From: Anthoceros angustus
Lineage: Eukaryota; Plantae; Anthocerotophyta
Assembly: GCA_010909165.1 (NCBI GenBank)
Contig: MU008154.1
Coordinates: 857,478 to 921,477, forward strand
Length of the DNA stretch: 64,000 nucleotides
Direction of reading: 5' to 3'
Position numbers and translations under genes: made by a program. Each line of letters starts with the position of its first letter. The first letter of the stretch is position 1. The notes beneath the pieces were generated by a model. The model was not told the DNA's origin, did not search any database, and worked only from the letters and a program-made list of their open reading frames with translations. Shown here piece after piece: positions 36,901-50,760 of this stretch.

Positions 36901-39139
36901 TCGGCACAAGAGAAAGTTCTTTCTGCGAGAGATCATGCAGCAAACTGGGAAGACTGTCCTCTACTATCCCATGTTTGCCAACCAAGAGCTCCCAGACGTA
37001 CTGGATGATTTGTTCTTATTGACTGGGAGGCAGCATGAGCAGATGGCACCTTCTTGCATCTGGGGCAAGATACCCATCAAGTCTACAAGAGCATTATCAC
37101 ACTCTGAACTCCCTCGTCCCCAGAGAAAAACCAGCCTTATAGCTGGGGTTCAACCAGGATCTGGTGAGCAAAGAGGTCCCAGACAAGCGCGCGGCCAGTT
37201 TCGAGGCTTCGACTGCGCCCTTTACTGCACTACCCATAGGCTCAGTTGCCAACCCCGAGCTCAGGTGAGTGCCCAGATCGTTGTCGTTGGAGCTTCTCGA
37301 ACCGCAGCTGCATTCCTGCATAGGCTACTGGCAGACCGTCAATTGCAGTTCACAAATCTAACACTCATTTCATCCAAAGGGTTACAAGCCCTGTCATCCT
37401 CGGTGTCGTCCTCCTTTGACATGGATCCAGGTCCAGGTGAGAGTTTCTACAAGTTGGGCATAGACTGCCAGGTAAATGTAATCACAGCATCTGTTGTAAA
37501 TATGGACAGGGAGAATCGGTACGTGTTCCTGTCCACCGGTAGGTATGTTCCCTTTGATTATCTCATTCTCACAACCGGACTGCAAGATCAAACCAAGTAT
37601 AAGATCAAACAGGCTGGGGACTGCAAGCACGTTGTCCGAGCTGAAGACCTCTCCGTCCTGGAAAGTACCTTGGGCGGAGACAGACTAGCTCCTGAGGGCG
37701 AGCTTGTAGTGCTATATGGATTTTCTTTGGAGGCCTTCAATGTGATACATATGCTGCTTAGTAGAGGAATCGAAGGCAAGAACATCATTCTCATATGCCC
37801 TGAGACCAAGGCTCTTGTAGAGCTGGCAGGAGCTTGCTTTGGCGATCCAGGCATTGGCAAACTCATCCTGGACAGAGTACAACAAGCAGGGGTGTTGTGT
37901 AAAACCAACTGGTTACTAACCAGCATTCAGGTGAATCCGGGAGACGGAAAACTGGAAAACCTCACCTTCGAAAGTATCGTGAAGAAAGAGGAAGTTCAAA
38001 CTGACGACGAGGATGATGTCGTGAGCAGAAGCTCAAGATCGACCAAAAGCTCCATCTCTACAACTCCGGAAGGCCCACCTCCAGAAATCTATGTCCAGGC
38101 ATGCACGATGCTGATCACCTGTGACAAGAAGCATGTTGACTACCTTCTGTTTCAGAGTATCAACCAGGTACCCACCTCCCTCTTTCCACGAAGCTCTTCC
38201 CAACAAACAGTCACCTGCAAGTGGCAGATGGCTTACGTCATTCTTTTGCAGGAAAACATAATCTACGATGGTAGGATCGTGGTGGATGGAAGATTCCAGA
38301 CAGTGGATCCTAACATTTTCGCAGCAGGCAGCGTGAGCAAATTCAGCAGGCATTGCGGAGATATTCCTAAGCTGGAGCACAATTCCTCCTCGGAAGTGGG
38401 TGTGGCCCTCGCCGATTCCATCCTGTCCAGATTTGCGCACTACATCCCTCCTCCTGCAATTGTATGCCCTAACTTGCCAGCGCCGTCTCCAAGGCCAGCT
38501 CCACAGACAGACTCTGCAGCAACATCACCGAAATGGCCGTGCGGAGATGTCCCGCCACTGTCTCGGGCCAAAGGCTTGGGCGGGCTCCTGCCCGGAGGAT
38601 TGTGGTACTTCTGCATCAGTGCGCCACAGTGTTTCACGAGGCAGTGGGAGGTGGTGAAATGTGAGCACACGTTGGCGTCGCAGGCCAATGACTGCTACTT
38701 CCGCATGGATCTGGTGGAGACCCACGAGGTTGGCAGGATCGTCTATTGCGGATCCAAGAAGCTTGAGGCATGGAAGATGCTCCGGATTGTGGGCTTGTCA
38801 GAATACCTGCTGAATTTCCTGGTGAAGAGGTAAGTTCATGGGCTTCCACGGATTCCTTTTGTGGCTTCCTTCTTGAAGATGGTCAGAACGGTGCACTGAC
38901 AAACAAGCACTTTTGTTCACAGAGCTCCGCCAGTGCAGGATGTCCCACAGTACCTTCTGCAGCCTTGGGCTGCAGCATTATTCCATAACAGCTTCCTGCC
39001 GTTTTACAACGAGCTTCTGCAACAACTAGTGAGCCAGCAGGAGCAGGACAAAAGGACAGTCGCCAGGACTGTTAGAAAAGAATTTCTCAAGTTCATCAAG
39101 CTGCACAAAACCGACTTTCCCATGTATCGTGATTCCTAG
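33905..39139 (+). CDS. CFAP61: Cilia- and flagella-associated protein 61 (radial-spoke CSC subunit), multi-exon
   Basis: N-terminal AFAAFDDAP, VRRAKVEDYDDLIP, EEFESRAIDFLQAAF, and a C-terminal FAD/NAD-binding-like region (IVVVGASRTAAAFL; FDYLILTTGLQ; GRIVVDGRFQTVDPNIFAAG). Confidence 0.85.
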
Positions 39140-39415
39140 AATCCTAGGTATCAGGTCACGATGAACGAGTGGGAACTGGCAACAAGGAACCAGAAGAGAC
39201 AACGACCTCTCACTGTCAAACAGCCTGGTACTTAGTCCCAACTCCGTGACCGCCTTCATAACACGAGCTACCTACATGAATAAATACCAGCTCAAGATGC
39301 GATGACCACATAAACAAGGAGACTTCTCACTTCCAGACGGCGAGTTACAGGGAAGAGCAGAGAGACGAAAAGAGAGATGAACCACTAATTTGAGTGGATT
39401 CTTCCTCTCCATGCG

Positions 39416-41289
39416 TCACTCACTCGTGTAATCAAAACTGTCACCCAGAAGCTGATCAAGATCTTGGTCAAGGTCCCAGCCAGCTGCCTTTGCAACAGCT
39501 TGCATCCTCTCAGCGTCGAGAGCTGGTGACGTGGTTAGCTCTGAGACGGTCGACTCTCCATGATCAGGCAACTTGTTCGATCCTGCTGGACCAGCAGTTG
39601 AGGATCCGACCTCAGTGGTGGAGCCGGAGTAGCATCCTTCAAGACCTTGAAGACTATCAACGACGACTGCCAGCAAAAACATGACATTCCGGTGTGAGTG
39701 TAGCATCATGCTTGCACGCAGTGACGAATTGAAATGATTTAGTGCTACATACAATACCCAAAGCCAGAACCTCACCTGTTTCGGAAGATTTTTCGTGTCG
39801 GGCCAAGGAATTTGAGACATGCGCATTTCCCTTTTTGAACACCTGTGCTCACATAACCCAAGTGACTATCAGCATTGCTTGGACACTTGGACACAAAATT
39901 CTTGACAATGACTTCAATCAAAGCCATATTACAAGTTCAGTCAAAACAACGCAGAAAGAAAAAAAGGGTTGTTCACGAGAGTACAGAAATGCTCAGAACA
40001 AGACTTTAGGGTCTGGCGAGGACAACCTGAACCACATTTGCAATAGTTATGTTGAGATATCGCGCTCTTGGTGTAGGGCGGAAGACGGCTACCTGCTCAC
40101 CAATTGCAGCAGTGTGCCTGCCTCCTTAGAGCATTGCCTGAATGTATTGGAAGAGCAGCACTCTCTCAGAATGGCCATATGCTCTGCGTGGCACTGCACA
40201 ATAAACACATACGGGAGAAGGAGCGGAAGACTACTCACATCCTGAAGAACCATAGCGGTTCCCACCTCCACATCCTTGCCGAAGGTTGGGTCCCCTAACA
40301 CCTTCCTATGTATTGTACCGCTGATTTGTCCGGTAGGGTCCTGCATCAGCAACCCATGCAATATTGTTCATCCATTCAATACCACTTCCAACAGACCGAA
40401 GACTCAAAAAACTTCCAGAGAAACAGCCCACCTTCAGGGTGACAGCGGCGTCACCCAAACCATTTGGGGTGAAAGTCTCAACAACAGCTACCAGCTGCAC
40501 AAGCAAACACAAATACATCAATGCCAAAGCTAAGAAGCAATATGCCAAGAGCCCGAACGGTGCACAATCAAATGGCACCCTCACCTTAGAAACACGCCCT
40601 TTGAAGTTCAAAGACAAGACTTCTTCCACAGTAATTCCATCACAATCCACAGCATTCACAGCTCGCACCCAATGATCTCCCGCAAAATCATCATTTCCCT
40701 CACCCGAAGTCATCCCTCCACACAGGCTCGAGTCCATCTTCCCGGAGGCACTGTCGTAGCCCATACCCGTGGCCAAAGCCTTCTGCACGGCCCGCGCTGG
40801 ACCCGGAATGGTGTAAGGAAGGGTCGGAGGTGGAGGCTCCGATGGAGCTGGCAACGCAGGTGCCGGTGGCCTGGCAAGCTGCAAACCACCCCGCTGTGGA
40901 GGCTCCGATGGAGCCGGCAATGCAGGTGCTGGTGCTCTGGCAAGCTGCAACCCACTCCGCTGTGCGCACGCTCTTCCCTCAACACTACCATCTCCAACCC
41001 CGATTCTCCGACCCCTTCCAGAATCCGGCAACCCCTGCCTGCCCGGGCTGTTCTGAGACGCCCGACTGATGACCTCACCCTGCTCAGGCACCCGCACCGA
41101 GACGTCTCGAATCTCCGGTCTCTTGAGCTTGCTCCACAGAGCAGCCGTGTCGTCCACCCGCGTGCAAGGCCTCAGCGGGGGCTTGGGGCCAGCAAGCCTG
41201 CTGTCATCTCTCACAGCGCCAGCACTTCCCTCAAGGATCTGGAGAATGTCGGAATCGTCGATCTCGAGCCCGTCGTCCCACGTATCCAT
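39416..41289 (-). CDS. HROB: Homologous-recombination OB-fold protein (DUF4539 / HROB-like), multi-exon
   Basis: MDTWDDGLEIDDSD N-terminus, PGPARAVQKA, DDFAGDHW, and the OB-fold LVAVVETFTPNGLGDAAVTLKDPTGQISGTIHRKVL...GTAMVLQDVAVFRP..RYLNIT. Confidence 0.82.
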
Positions 41290-41677
41290 GTCCCGGACAA
41301 ATCCGCTCCCTCGACTGCACTGAAATTGCAGCTGAATCTGCAGATCAAGACGAAAAACACGCAGCACCGAGAGCAAGTTTTTACAGTGTGAACGTGGCTC
41401 CTGAAACTGGAGATGAACTTTCCATCCAAGGAACTCTCAGAGTGATCGCCAACATCTGCATCCGGGTGTCGCCTTGTTGTGTTGGTTGAGGTTTTCACGA
41501 TCGAAATTCCTGTGGCCAGATTGCGTCTTGTCTACGAATTTTTGTGTGAATCGCGTTTTGTTGGCGCAAGGGTAAGGGTTTCTGCTCGCCTTGCTTTGCA
41601 TCTGGAGCAAGCACGATTGCGCGTCACCGTGTTGATGAATTTCTTCTGTTCTTGTGTGCAGGCGGGAGGGGAGTGGC

Positions 41678-42157
41678 ATGGCGGGTCGCATGGCTGCAAT
41701 TCGGAAGGCTCTGGTCAGCCGTTACCATTCTGTTGCTCTCACAGAATTGCCTGCAGCAGAGTGTTTTGGTTCCCGCGCTTTTTCGGCACCGCCTCTGCTT
41801 CGGTTCCCGCCGCAGCTGGCGTCGGCATCTCGTCTCCATTCTACAAACATCACCGCTTACCCTGTTGAGCCACCTCCCGACCCAGTGCCGCCTCCTGTCA
41901 ATCCTCCGGAAGGCTACAATCCGCCGGAGAAGGAGATCCCGGATCCTGTCACCTTGGCGGAGCAGTGGCAGTATGCGGTCAGTCTGTACAGCAGATTCAG
42001 CTCCCAGGCTTGGGCCATGGCGATTCTCACAGGCTTGTCCGTCTTTGGAGTAGGCTGGCTAATCAAGGGCACCAACCCCCTGCATTCTAGTGCTGAAAAA
42101 GGTCCTGACCATGAGCATCACAGTAGGGAGAAACATCCTTCACAAGCTTCGGAGTAA
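41678..42157 (+). CDS. Small single-exon, probably mitochondrial, single-pass membrane protein of a plant uncharacterised family
   Basis: Arg/Ala/Ser-rich presequence-like N-terminus, Pro-rich linker, and TM segment AWAMAILTGLSVFGVGWLIKGTNPL. Confidence 0.7.
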   Translation: MAGRMAAIRKALVSRYHSVALTELPAAECFGSRAFSAPPLLRFPPQLASASRLHSTNITAYPVEPPPDPVPPPVNPPEGYNPPEKEIPDPVTLAEQWQYAVSLYSRFSSQAWAMAILTGLSVFGVGWLIKGTNPLHSSAEKGPDHEHHSREKHPSQASE

Positions 42158-42686
42158 CATGCTGCTGGATGGCACATTACCCTTCTGCCTGTCATCCATG
42201 TCCATCCCGTGGGCCGGTCTCGCCGGATGTGTTGTACAGCATAGGGGAAAAAGGTGACGGGTTTCTCGCAGATGGGTTCACAATCTGAATTGGAGATAGA
42301 GGGTGTACCGCAGGTGGATTAACAAGCTGAATTGGAGGTGGCGGAAGTGGTGTACATCACCTCTCCTCTTGTTCGAGGGAGTGGAAAGTGATGATGCAAA
42401 ACAATGTGGCTGTAATGCGTTTGTTTTTAGGCGAAGTGTGCTCTCAGCACCTGTAACCCGGTTGGTTTCCTCAGGCCATTCATGGCTTTTTCATGAGCAT
42501 GTGCAAGACCTCGTCTGCTTGTCGTTATAGCTTCCAAAGTCATCTCTGTTCCCGAACTACAAAATCGTCAAGGAAAGCAAAATAGTTTTTACTCCTTGCG
42601 GGGCAGCCTTCTGCTTACTAATGCACTTTAGGTACCACATAGCACCTCACTTCACCTACAAAACTCAAGCCTATTTCGGGCTGCCA

Positions 42687-44058
<1,372 letters not shown>

Positions 44059-44822
44059 CTTGACAGAGCTCCGACTACACACAGCGCCAACTCTGATCAG
44101 CCTACGACCTACACCTCACTTGTACGTTTCCAATAGATGACAGAGCCCTAGGTCACGTTTCCAGTGGGTATGTGTGTGTTTAGGTCACGTTTCCAATCCG
44201 ATTCGACATATTTTGAGGGTTGTCAGGTTCGTAAAGGAAGTCATGGCTGAGGGTTCTCGAGTCCCCTATTCAGTAATGCACTGAATGGTCGACATCCATG
44301 ATGTCCATCCCTATGAGATTCATAGCCTGGATGTCCATCCGCGTCCGGGAAACGGTACATAGCATGGTCGTCCATCCGATCCGTGGAAGGCTGTGGGGCG
44401 TATGCTACAGTAACGAGTTGCTGCGAATTTTTGCCTACGAATTCTTGCTTGTTAGGCCCGTTGCACCGAATTTGGTGTACAGTTTAGGAGACAGTTGACA
44501 GGGTGATGGATTCAGGGTGCTGAGAGCACATCTAGTCCAGAAACAACACGCATTCCAGACAGGCACAGACACAGGCACTGCACAGGCACATTACTTTCCA
44601 CCCATCACACGCATGCCCTCCGACAAGCGGCAGGTTATGTATGCCACTTCCACCATCTCTGAATCAGCTTGTGAATCCATCATTAACCAGTTTTCTAAGG
44701 CCATTTGTGGCATTCTGACCTCGAGGATGTGCAGGCAGGACCTTAGTCTTCTGGTCGTTATGGCTTCCAAAGTCATGTCTGGTTCCCGGACTACAAAATC
44801 GTTCAGGCAAGCAAAATAGGTT

Positions 44823-47800
44823 CTACTCCTTGCGGGGCAGTCTACCGTACTCACCCAGAAGGGCATGCAGTCTCTTCGCCTCAGGCTGAAGATTCTTGAA
44901 TGTGTTTGACTCGCCAACTCGCCAACCCCAATTTCCCGCCTGCAGGGTGAAGGTGAAATCCGGGAGATGAGCCCGAGGACGTCCAGGTCTAAGCTGCCGA
45001 ATATCTGATGCAGCTTCCTGGACGTTTGAAGGCATACCTGGACAGCAGGGATGTTCATTCTGGCGGAGTTGTCCAGACCCATCACATCCTGCATAGGAAT
45101 GACTGTCGTTCTTGCCACGGACGCCAGAGAGGCCCTGATGAACTCCCAAGACACATCCTCGTCGCCTTCGAATCGGAGGTAGTGTCTCACCTGTAATATG
45201 TTGCAAAAGGACCATCAGTAAGGCAGGCCTCATTCCAAACTCGCAAGCTGAAAGGAAAAATGAACGAGTCGCACACCAACTCAACATACCCTGTCCTTCT
45301 CTGCTGCCGGCGCTTTCTGCCACCACCCAAGGGACTGTCACATGGAACAAACGAAAAATCTGTGAGCTGCCAACGTTGCCTGCAATAAAACCTTAGCGAT
45401 GGTGGCGAGGATAAGTCAAGGACCGTGTCGTTGTCATGTGTTCCCGGGTACACAACTTGATCCACTTCGTGGTTGTGAGGCAGGTGAGGGTTCTTGGCGT
45501 CACTTCCGAAAGCTGACACAACCCAATGAAGATCGTTAACGAGATTCAAACCAACCGAGAGAATGTGCATCCACCATGCAAGAAGCCGTACCGAATTGCA
45601 AAACAGCCATCCCAGGAGCTCCAATAGCTTTTCTCAGCTCCACAACGTCCCTGGTTATGATCCCCTGAGATTCCCCAATTGCTGTGCCTTTAACCACCAA
45701 CATAACGAGAGGTTGCAAGCCAAAGCTAACAGCTAGAATTTCTACCGCATACCAGATCCTCCGCAATGATGTCTATCTTGCCAACTGCTGCCTTGATAGC
45801 ATTGAAGAAACCTTCTCGTGGGCCCACCTGCAAAGCGTTCATTCACAGATATCAGCTCTCAAGTGTCAAAGAGGGCATTTATCACCTGACAAGGCAAACA
45901 CAGTAGCGCAGATGTTTGCCTTCCAGGTCCCTTTCATCGCTGTTTCCGCATCTGCACAAAACGATGCACACCAAGAGGAAACCAACCATCAGAATCCGAA
46001 GGGTGCGACATTCAGTCAAGTGGAAGAACCGGCTGAAAATGCAAAGCAATCTGAATGAAATTCTCACCAGCAGGTATAGCCCAATAGCCTGCAAGACCCC
46101 GGAAATGGTCAATACGGAATTCATCGTACAGCTCAAAAGCTCGTCGCATCCGTTTTGCCCACCATGCGTATCCATCTTTTGACATCACTTGCCAGTTGTA
46201 AAGTGGGCTGGAAGCGTTAACAAATGGCACAATAGATAAACAGAGGGAAGAGCAAGTACACATTCGAGTGAGAAACAACTGGACATGGAAAAGGAAAATG
46301 AGGTCATAGCATGAGGCAGGTTGCACAGGCCAACCTCCCCCAAAGTTGACCAGTTGCGCTGAATGCATCTGGAGGCACGCCGCTAACAAGGGCAGGAACT
46401 CCTGTTGCTTTGTCCTGGTGAGAGAATGCAGATTTGTTACATTGAGAAAATGTCTAACACCACTGAATATCTTGGCAGAGCGAACAATGCTAGATATGAT
46501 TTCCTCACCAGCATGAACTGTCCTCGATTTGCCCAAACATCTGCACTGTGGCCTCCCACATAAATGGGCATGTCTCCAATGATTTTGATGCCTTTTGAGT
46601 TAGCATACTTGTGCAACGCCTGCCACTGCTTTTGAAACAGAAACTGCTGTGCAATGAATATGTCGATCTGCATGACATCACAGGAGAAACCCGAATTTGA
46701 GTATCTGGAAATAGTCACTGAGGTACGTGAAAGTCAACTTCAAAGTCTCTGATTCAGTAGGAGGTAAGGAACGGAACTAACAAATTGCTTGTGCTCTTTC
46801 CGAGCTCTTTCCAGAGCAGACCCATTCCTGTCACGCAGCTCCGCCGGCCAATCCCACCAGAAGCGAGCATCAATGCTATGATCTATAGCAGCGAAAAGGG
46901 CAGCCTCCTCCAGCCAGGCTAAAAGCCACATAACAGCAGCATTAGGTTACAAAACTCGAACAAAACCTACATCATCATAAAAAATGCAAAAGACTTGAGC
47001 CTAGTACCTGAGATTCTAGGATTCTTTCTGAATTTCTCCATCTCATCCTGCAACGGACCTTTCGTCCCACTCACAAGTTTCTTTGCAGCCTGGACCACCA
47101 CCTCGCAACCGTGAGCAAACCTTTAACCAACCACTACATCTAAAGCTCTTCAGATAGTTTGCGGGGATCTTATCGACTGCCAGAAGTAGGCTACCTGACC
47201 AAAGGGCAAAGACATACCTTGGCTATAAGTGGGTCCTTCAACTCTGCCACAGCTACATAATCCACTCGCTCCACAGGTCTGATTCAACACGTTCAGTTAG
47301 AAGGATCCAAGAAACCTGTGCCAACACCGAAAGTGCACAGATCATAATGCAAGTAAGGAACAAACAAGAACCAAAAGGTACACCAGGCATTCATCTTACA
47401 TGGCGTCTGGAAGATCGGACTTGTCTAGCAGGCCATCCTTCACTAGCTCCTCAAGGGAGATCAGAAGAGTATTACCACAATTCGCATCCTGATGTGATTG
47501 ATGTCAACGAATGAAACGAAATTCCACCGAATGGACACGAAATTAAGTCACAGGTGGGCAGGAGCCACTCACAGCTCCGGAGTATGGAGATCCGTCTTCA
47601 CCGGATTTTCTTCCTGGCGGTACTAGGGGAAGAACCTGAACATTCCACAGTGGCGATTCTCAGAGTCCAGGCATTCCATGTTAGTGTGAATTGCAAGATT
47701 CCTGGCATTGCATGAAAAGGAGAACCTGCCTCCATCTACACTAGGCTTTGAAACAACGGCCCTCCCTCCTGAACAAGGCAAACCTTCAGGTTCAAACGAA

Positions 47801-48778
47801 ATGCATTCATCCTGCGAACGGGTGCATTTGCTAGTGGAAGCAGCCTGACCCATCGTGCAGCCACGGCATGAGCATGCTTGACAAAACGCAGGTACTTCAA
47901 ACAGCTCAAAAAGGAAGAAAGGACCATACTTGCCAGATGGTGCAGCCAGTGGACTTGAGCCAGTCCAAAAATACGTACGCCTCGTGACCCAGTTCCCCAA
48001 TTCCATACTTCCCAGGCAGAGACGTGGGATGCAGCAGAATCCCAGCCCTTCTCTGCGGAGCGGTCTTGTTGGGATCATCGTTGACGTAGTCGGCAGGAAG
48101 ATCCTCCCCAGCCTGAAACTTTTTCTGCGGGGCCAGAGCCATGGTCGGAGAGGCAGCAGCACCCCGGGCCCTGACCTCCCTCCCCTGCAATATGGACGCA
48201 ACTGGCAACCTCCCTTCCCTGCCGCATGAATACGGCTTCCCTCTGATAACCTGGGATCCCAGGAGAGCACGAGGACCAGAATTGTGGACACATCTGTCGA
48301 GTTGCGTCACTCTTGCGCCAACGGCGGAGCGCCGTTGTTCGCACTGACAGAAAGTGGGGCCCGACACCAGCGAGCTAGTCCCATGCTGCCATGTCCTCCC
48401 ATCAGAGTTGTGCAGCTTTTCGAATCTGTTGGATAGCTCCTCCGACAGCCTTTTGACGTAGGCGCGCTTGGCTGTAGCAGCGCCGCACGTGGACGCCGAT
48501 GCCGCGCTGCTCCAGGGGCTAGGGCACCTGGCGGAGCGGCAGTAGATGGCCCGCTGCACCCTCCGCACTTGGCTGCATGTTCTGGGAGTAACCACGTTCA
48601 AGCAGGTGTTTGGCGGCCTGGTGCAAGGGCATTCATTGCAGGACTCGGTTGCAGATCCGGAGCGCGATATCCATATGGCTCTGCCGGAGGAGCCGTCCGT
48701 CTCCGCACAAGGCGAGCAGAGCCGGACAGCCGGAGCAGCCGTGGTGAACATTTGCCTAGTCAGCCCACCGAAGGCCAT
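44823..48778 (-). CDS. DPE1: Plastid 4-alpha-glucanotransferase (disproportionating enzyme 1, GH77), multi-exon
   Basis: RRAGILLHPTSLPG.YGIGELG, VLPLVPPGRKSGEDGSPYSG, IIGDMPIYVGGHSADVWAN, FRIDHFRGLAGYW, VVYPGTHDNDT and ARMNIPA. Confidence 0.95.
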
Positions 48779-48964
48779 CCAATGTCCCGCGTGACTCAGA
48801 TCTTTCTACAGACGCCTCCTCTGAATCATCTGCTTTCCCGCAACAACGTCTGCACAGCGCAAAATGCAGCAATCAGTGATTTCTATCTCATCCATTGATT
48901 CCTATATTATCCATCCCCTGTGTCTGTGGACTGACACGCAATTTCTCTCGCCTACCTTGGAACT

Positions 48965-49345
48965 CTCATCCTAAGCATTCTGTCTTGTCATCTTAAGCAT
49001 CCTGTCCTGCCTTGCTTGTCATTTGTCATCCTAAGCGTTCTGTCTAGCCTAGCTTGCTACTGTCATCCTAAGCATTCTGTCCTGCGTTGCTTGCCATTTG
49101 TCATCCTAAGCGTTCTGTCTTGCCTAGCTTGCTCCCGTCATCCTAAGCATTCTGTCCGGCGTTGCTTGCCATTTGTGATAATCCTCAGCGTTCTGTCTTG
49201 CCTAGCTTGCTACTGTCATCCTAAGCAGTCAGATCTGTCTTGCCTAGCTTGTTACTGTCATTCTAAGAGCGTTTTCTCTTACCTAGCTTTTTCTCATCCG
49301 GACCATTCAGCCTAGCTTGGTACTGTCATCGGAAGCATCCAGATC
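48965..49345 (+). repeat. Degenerate minisatellite upstream of DPE1
   Basis: Repeating CATCCTAAGC(A/G)TTCTGTC...TTGCCTAGCTTG units. Confidence 0.85.
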
Positions 49346-50329
49346 TGTCTTGCCTAGCTTGGTAGCGTCATCCTTCCAAGATTTTTTCAACATGCAAAAT
49401 CCACAATACGCGAGTGCTGAACTCACCGCCGCAGCTCTGTGCAAGCACATTCTCACCTCAAATCAGAGCGCCGCAGGCCGCTGGAGTGGAGTGCAAGTGC
49501 AGATCCTTAGATTTCTGACACATTTGCATACGCTTGTGGTGGTGAATGTGCGCCGTGCAGCAGCTGTACCGAGCTGCTGGGAGCTGCTCTTAGGAAATGT
49601 GAGACAAGCAAGGGGCCACAATCTTTGGCAACATGCAACCTGAGGACCACGGATGCTTTCGCGAGGCCCAGGCGACTGATGGCGCCAAAAGGGGCGAACG
49701 GACGCTGCCGCTCCGAAATCTCTTTCCATGAGTTTCTAGCATTCGCCACCACCTTGGCGCAATGTGTTTCGCCAACCAGGATAACGACTAACCGCCCCCA
49801 GGGCTGCTGGCCACCTTATCACAAGGTTTATTGATACAGCCAAAAGGGTCAGTAACGCCTCTCGTAAGCAAAGCTAGTCGGTCAAGAGGTTGTGAAAGCT
49901 GTGTCTGGAAAATTCCACCGATGGAATATGATGCTGCATCACAGGTGAAGTTAACTGCAGATGGGACAACAGAGACGAGGAGCTTCTGCTCCTTCAGGAC
50001 TTGGTGTCTCCCATGGGGGTAGGTAGGATGCAGTTGCAATACCTGCAGGGAGCCCTTCACATCTTGCGTCAGAACAAGAACACCAGCCTGCCTCTGCTGC
50101 TGCCGGTCTACCAGCTGCCGTCTCGGTCGCTACAGTTGCAGCAGCAGCTGGAGATTGCCCGTCTTGGCGGCATCATATGCAACAACGGAATTCGATGCTG
50201 CATCACGGGTAAAGTTAACTGCAGATGTTGGCTGACCGCTGGCTTATACCTCGTAGGGGATTCAAGAGGTTGGAAAGCTGTGCGTCGAAAATTCCACCAC
50301 ATGTAATATGTACAGTCTCGTATGGGTCT

Positions 50330-50570
50330 GGAAAAGAAGAAGAAGAATTGAAGAATTTTATTTAAGTCCACTTTGGAAAAGAAGAAGAAGAATTGAAGAA
50401 TTTTATTCAAATCCACTAAGGACGGATTTCCGTCATGGGACCTGATACTTAACAACTTGTACCATGGTGTGCCTAAGCTACTTGCACAAAGGGCATCCAC
50501 TCCCTTTAAGCACCCCATCTAAGTACCGATCTAAGAGCGGGATGCTTAATCACTACGTTCTTATAAATGT
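50330..50570. mobile_element. Dispersed ~250-bp element (same family as 26115-26320)
   Basis: Near-identical core, with a duplicated GAAGAAGAATT...TAAGTCCAC end. Confidence 0.7.
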
Positions 50571-50760
50571 GTATCCATTTGGACAAAAGGTGCGTGAGAT
50601 ATCTTTGATTCAAGAGTAGGTCTGTCCTCCGCTATATTCTGTTAGCAGTGCTACAACATGTTCTAAGTTCCCGCATTTTGATGGGAGCCTGGCTTGTGGT
50701 GCAGTGTTCGTAGAATGTCTTCCTCTGAAGCCCCTGTCTCCTACCCCCTCCTTTCAAGCG

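Noticed and set aside
49890-49970. Possible box C/D snoRNA or mitochondrial-carrier fragment (QPLD/QPLE motifs on minus)
   Set aside because: No canonical RUGAUGA/CUGA pair or terminal stem. The carrier signature lacks the following basic residues.
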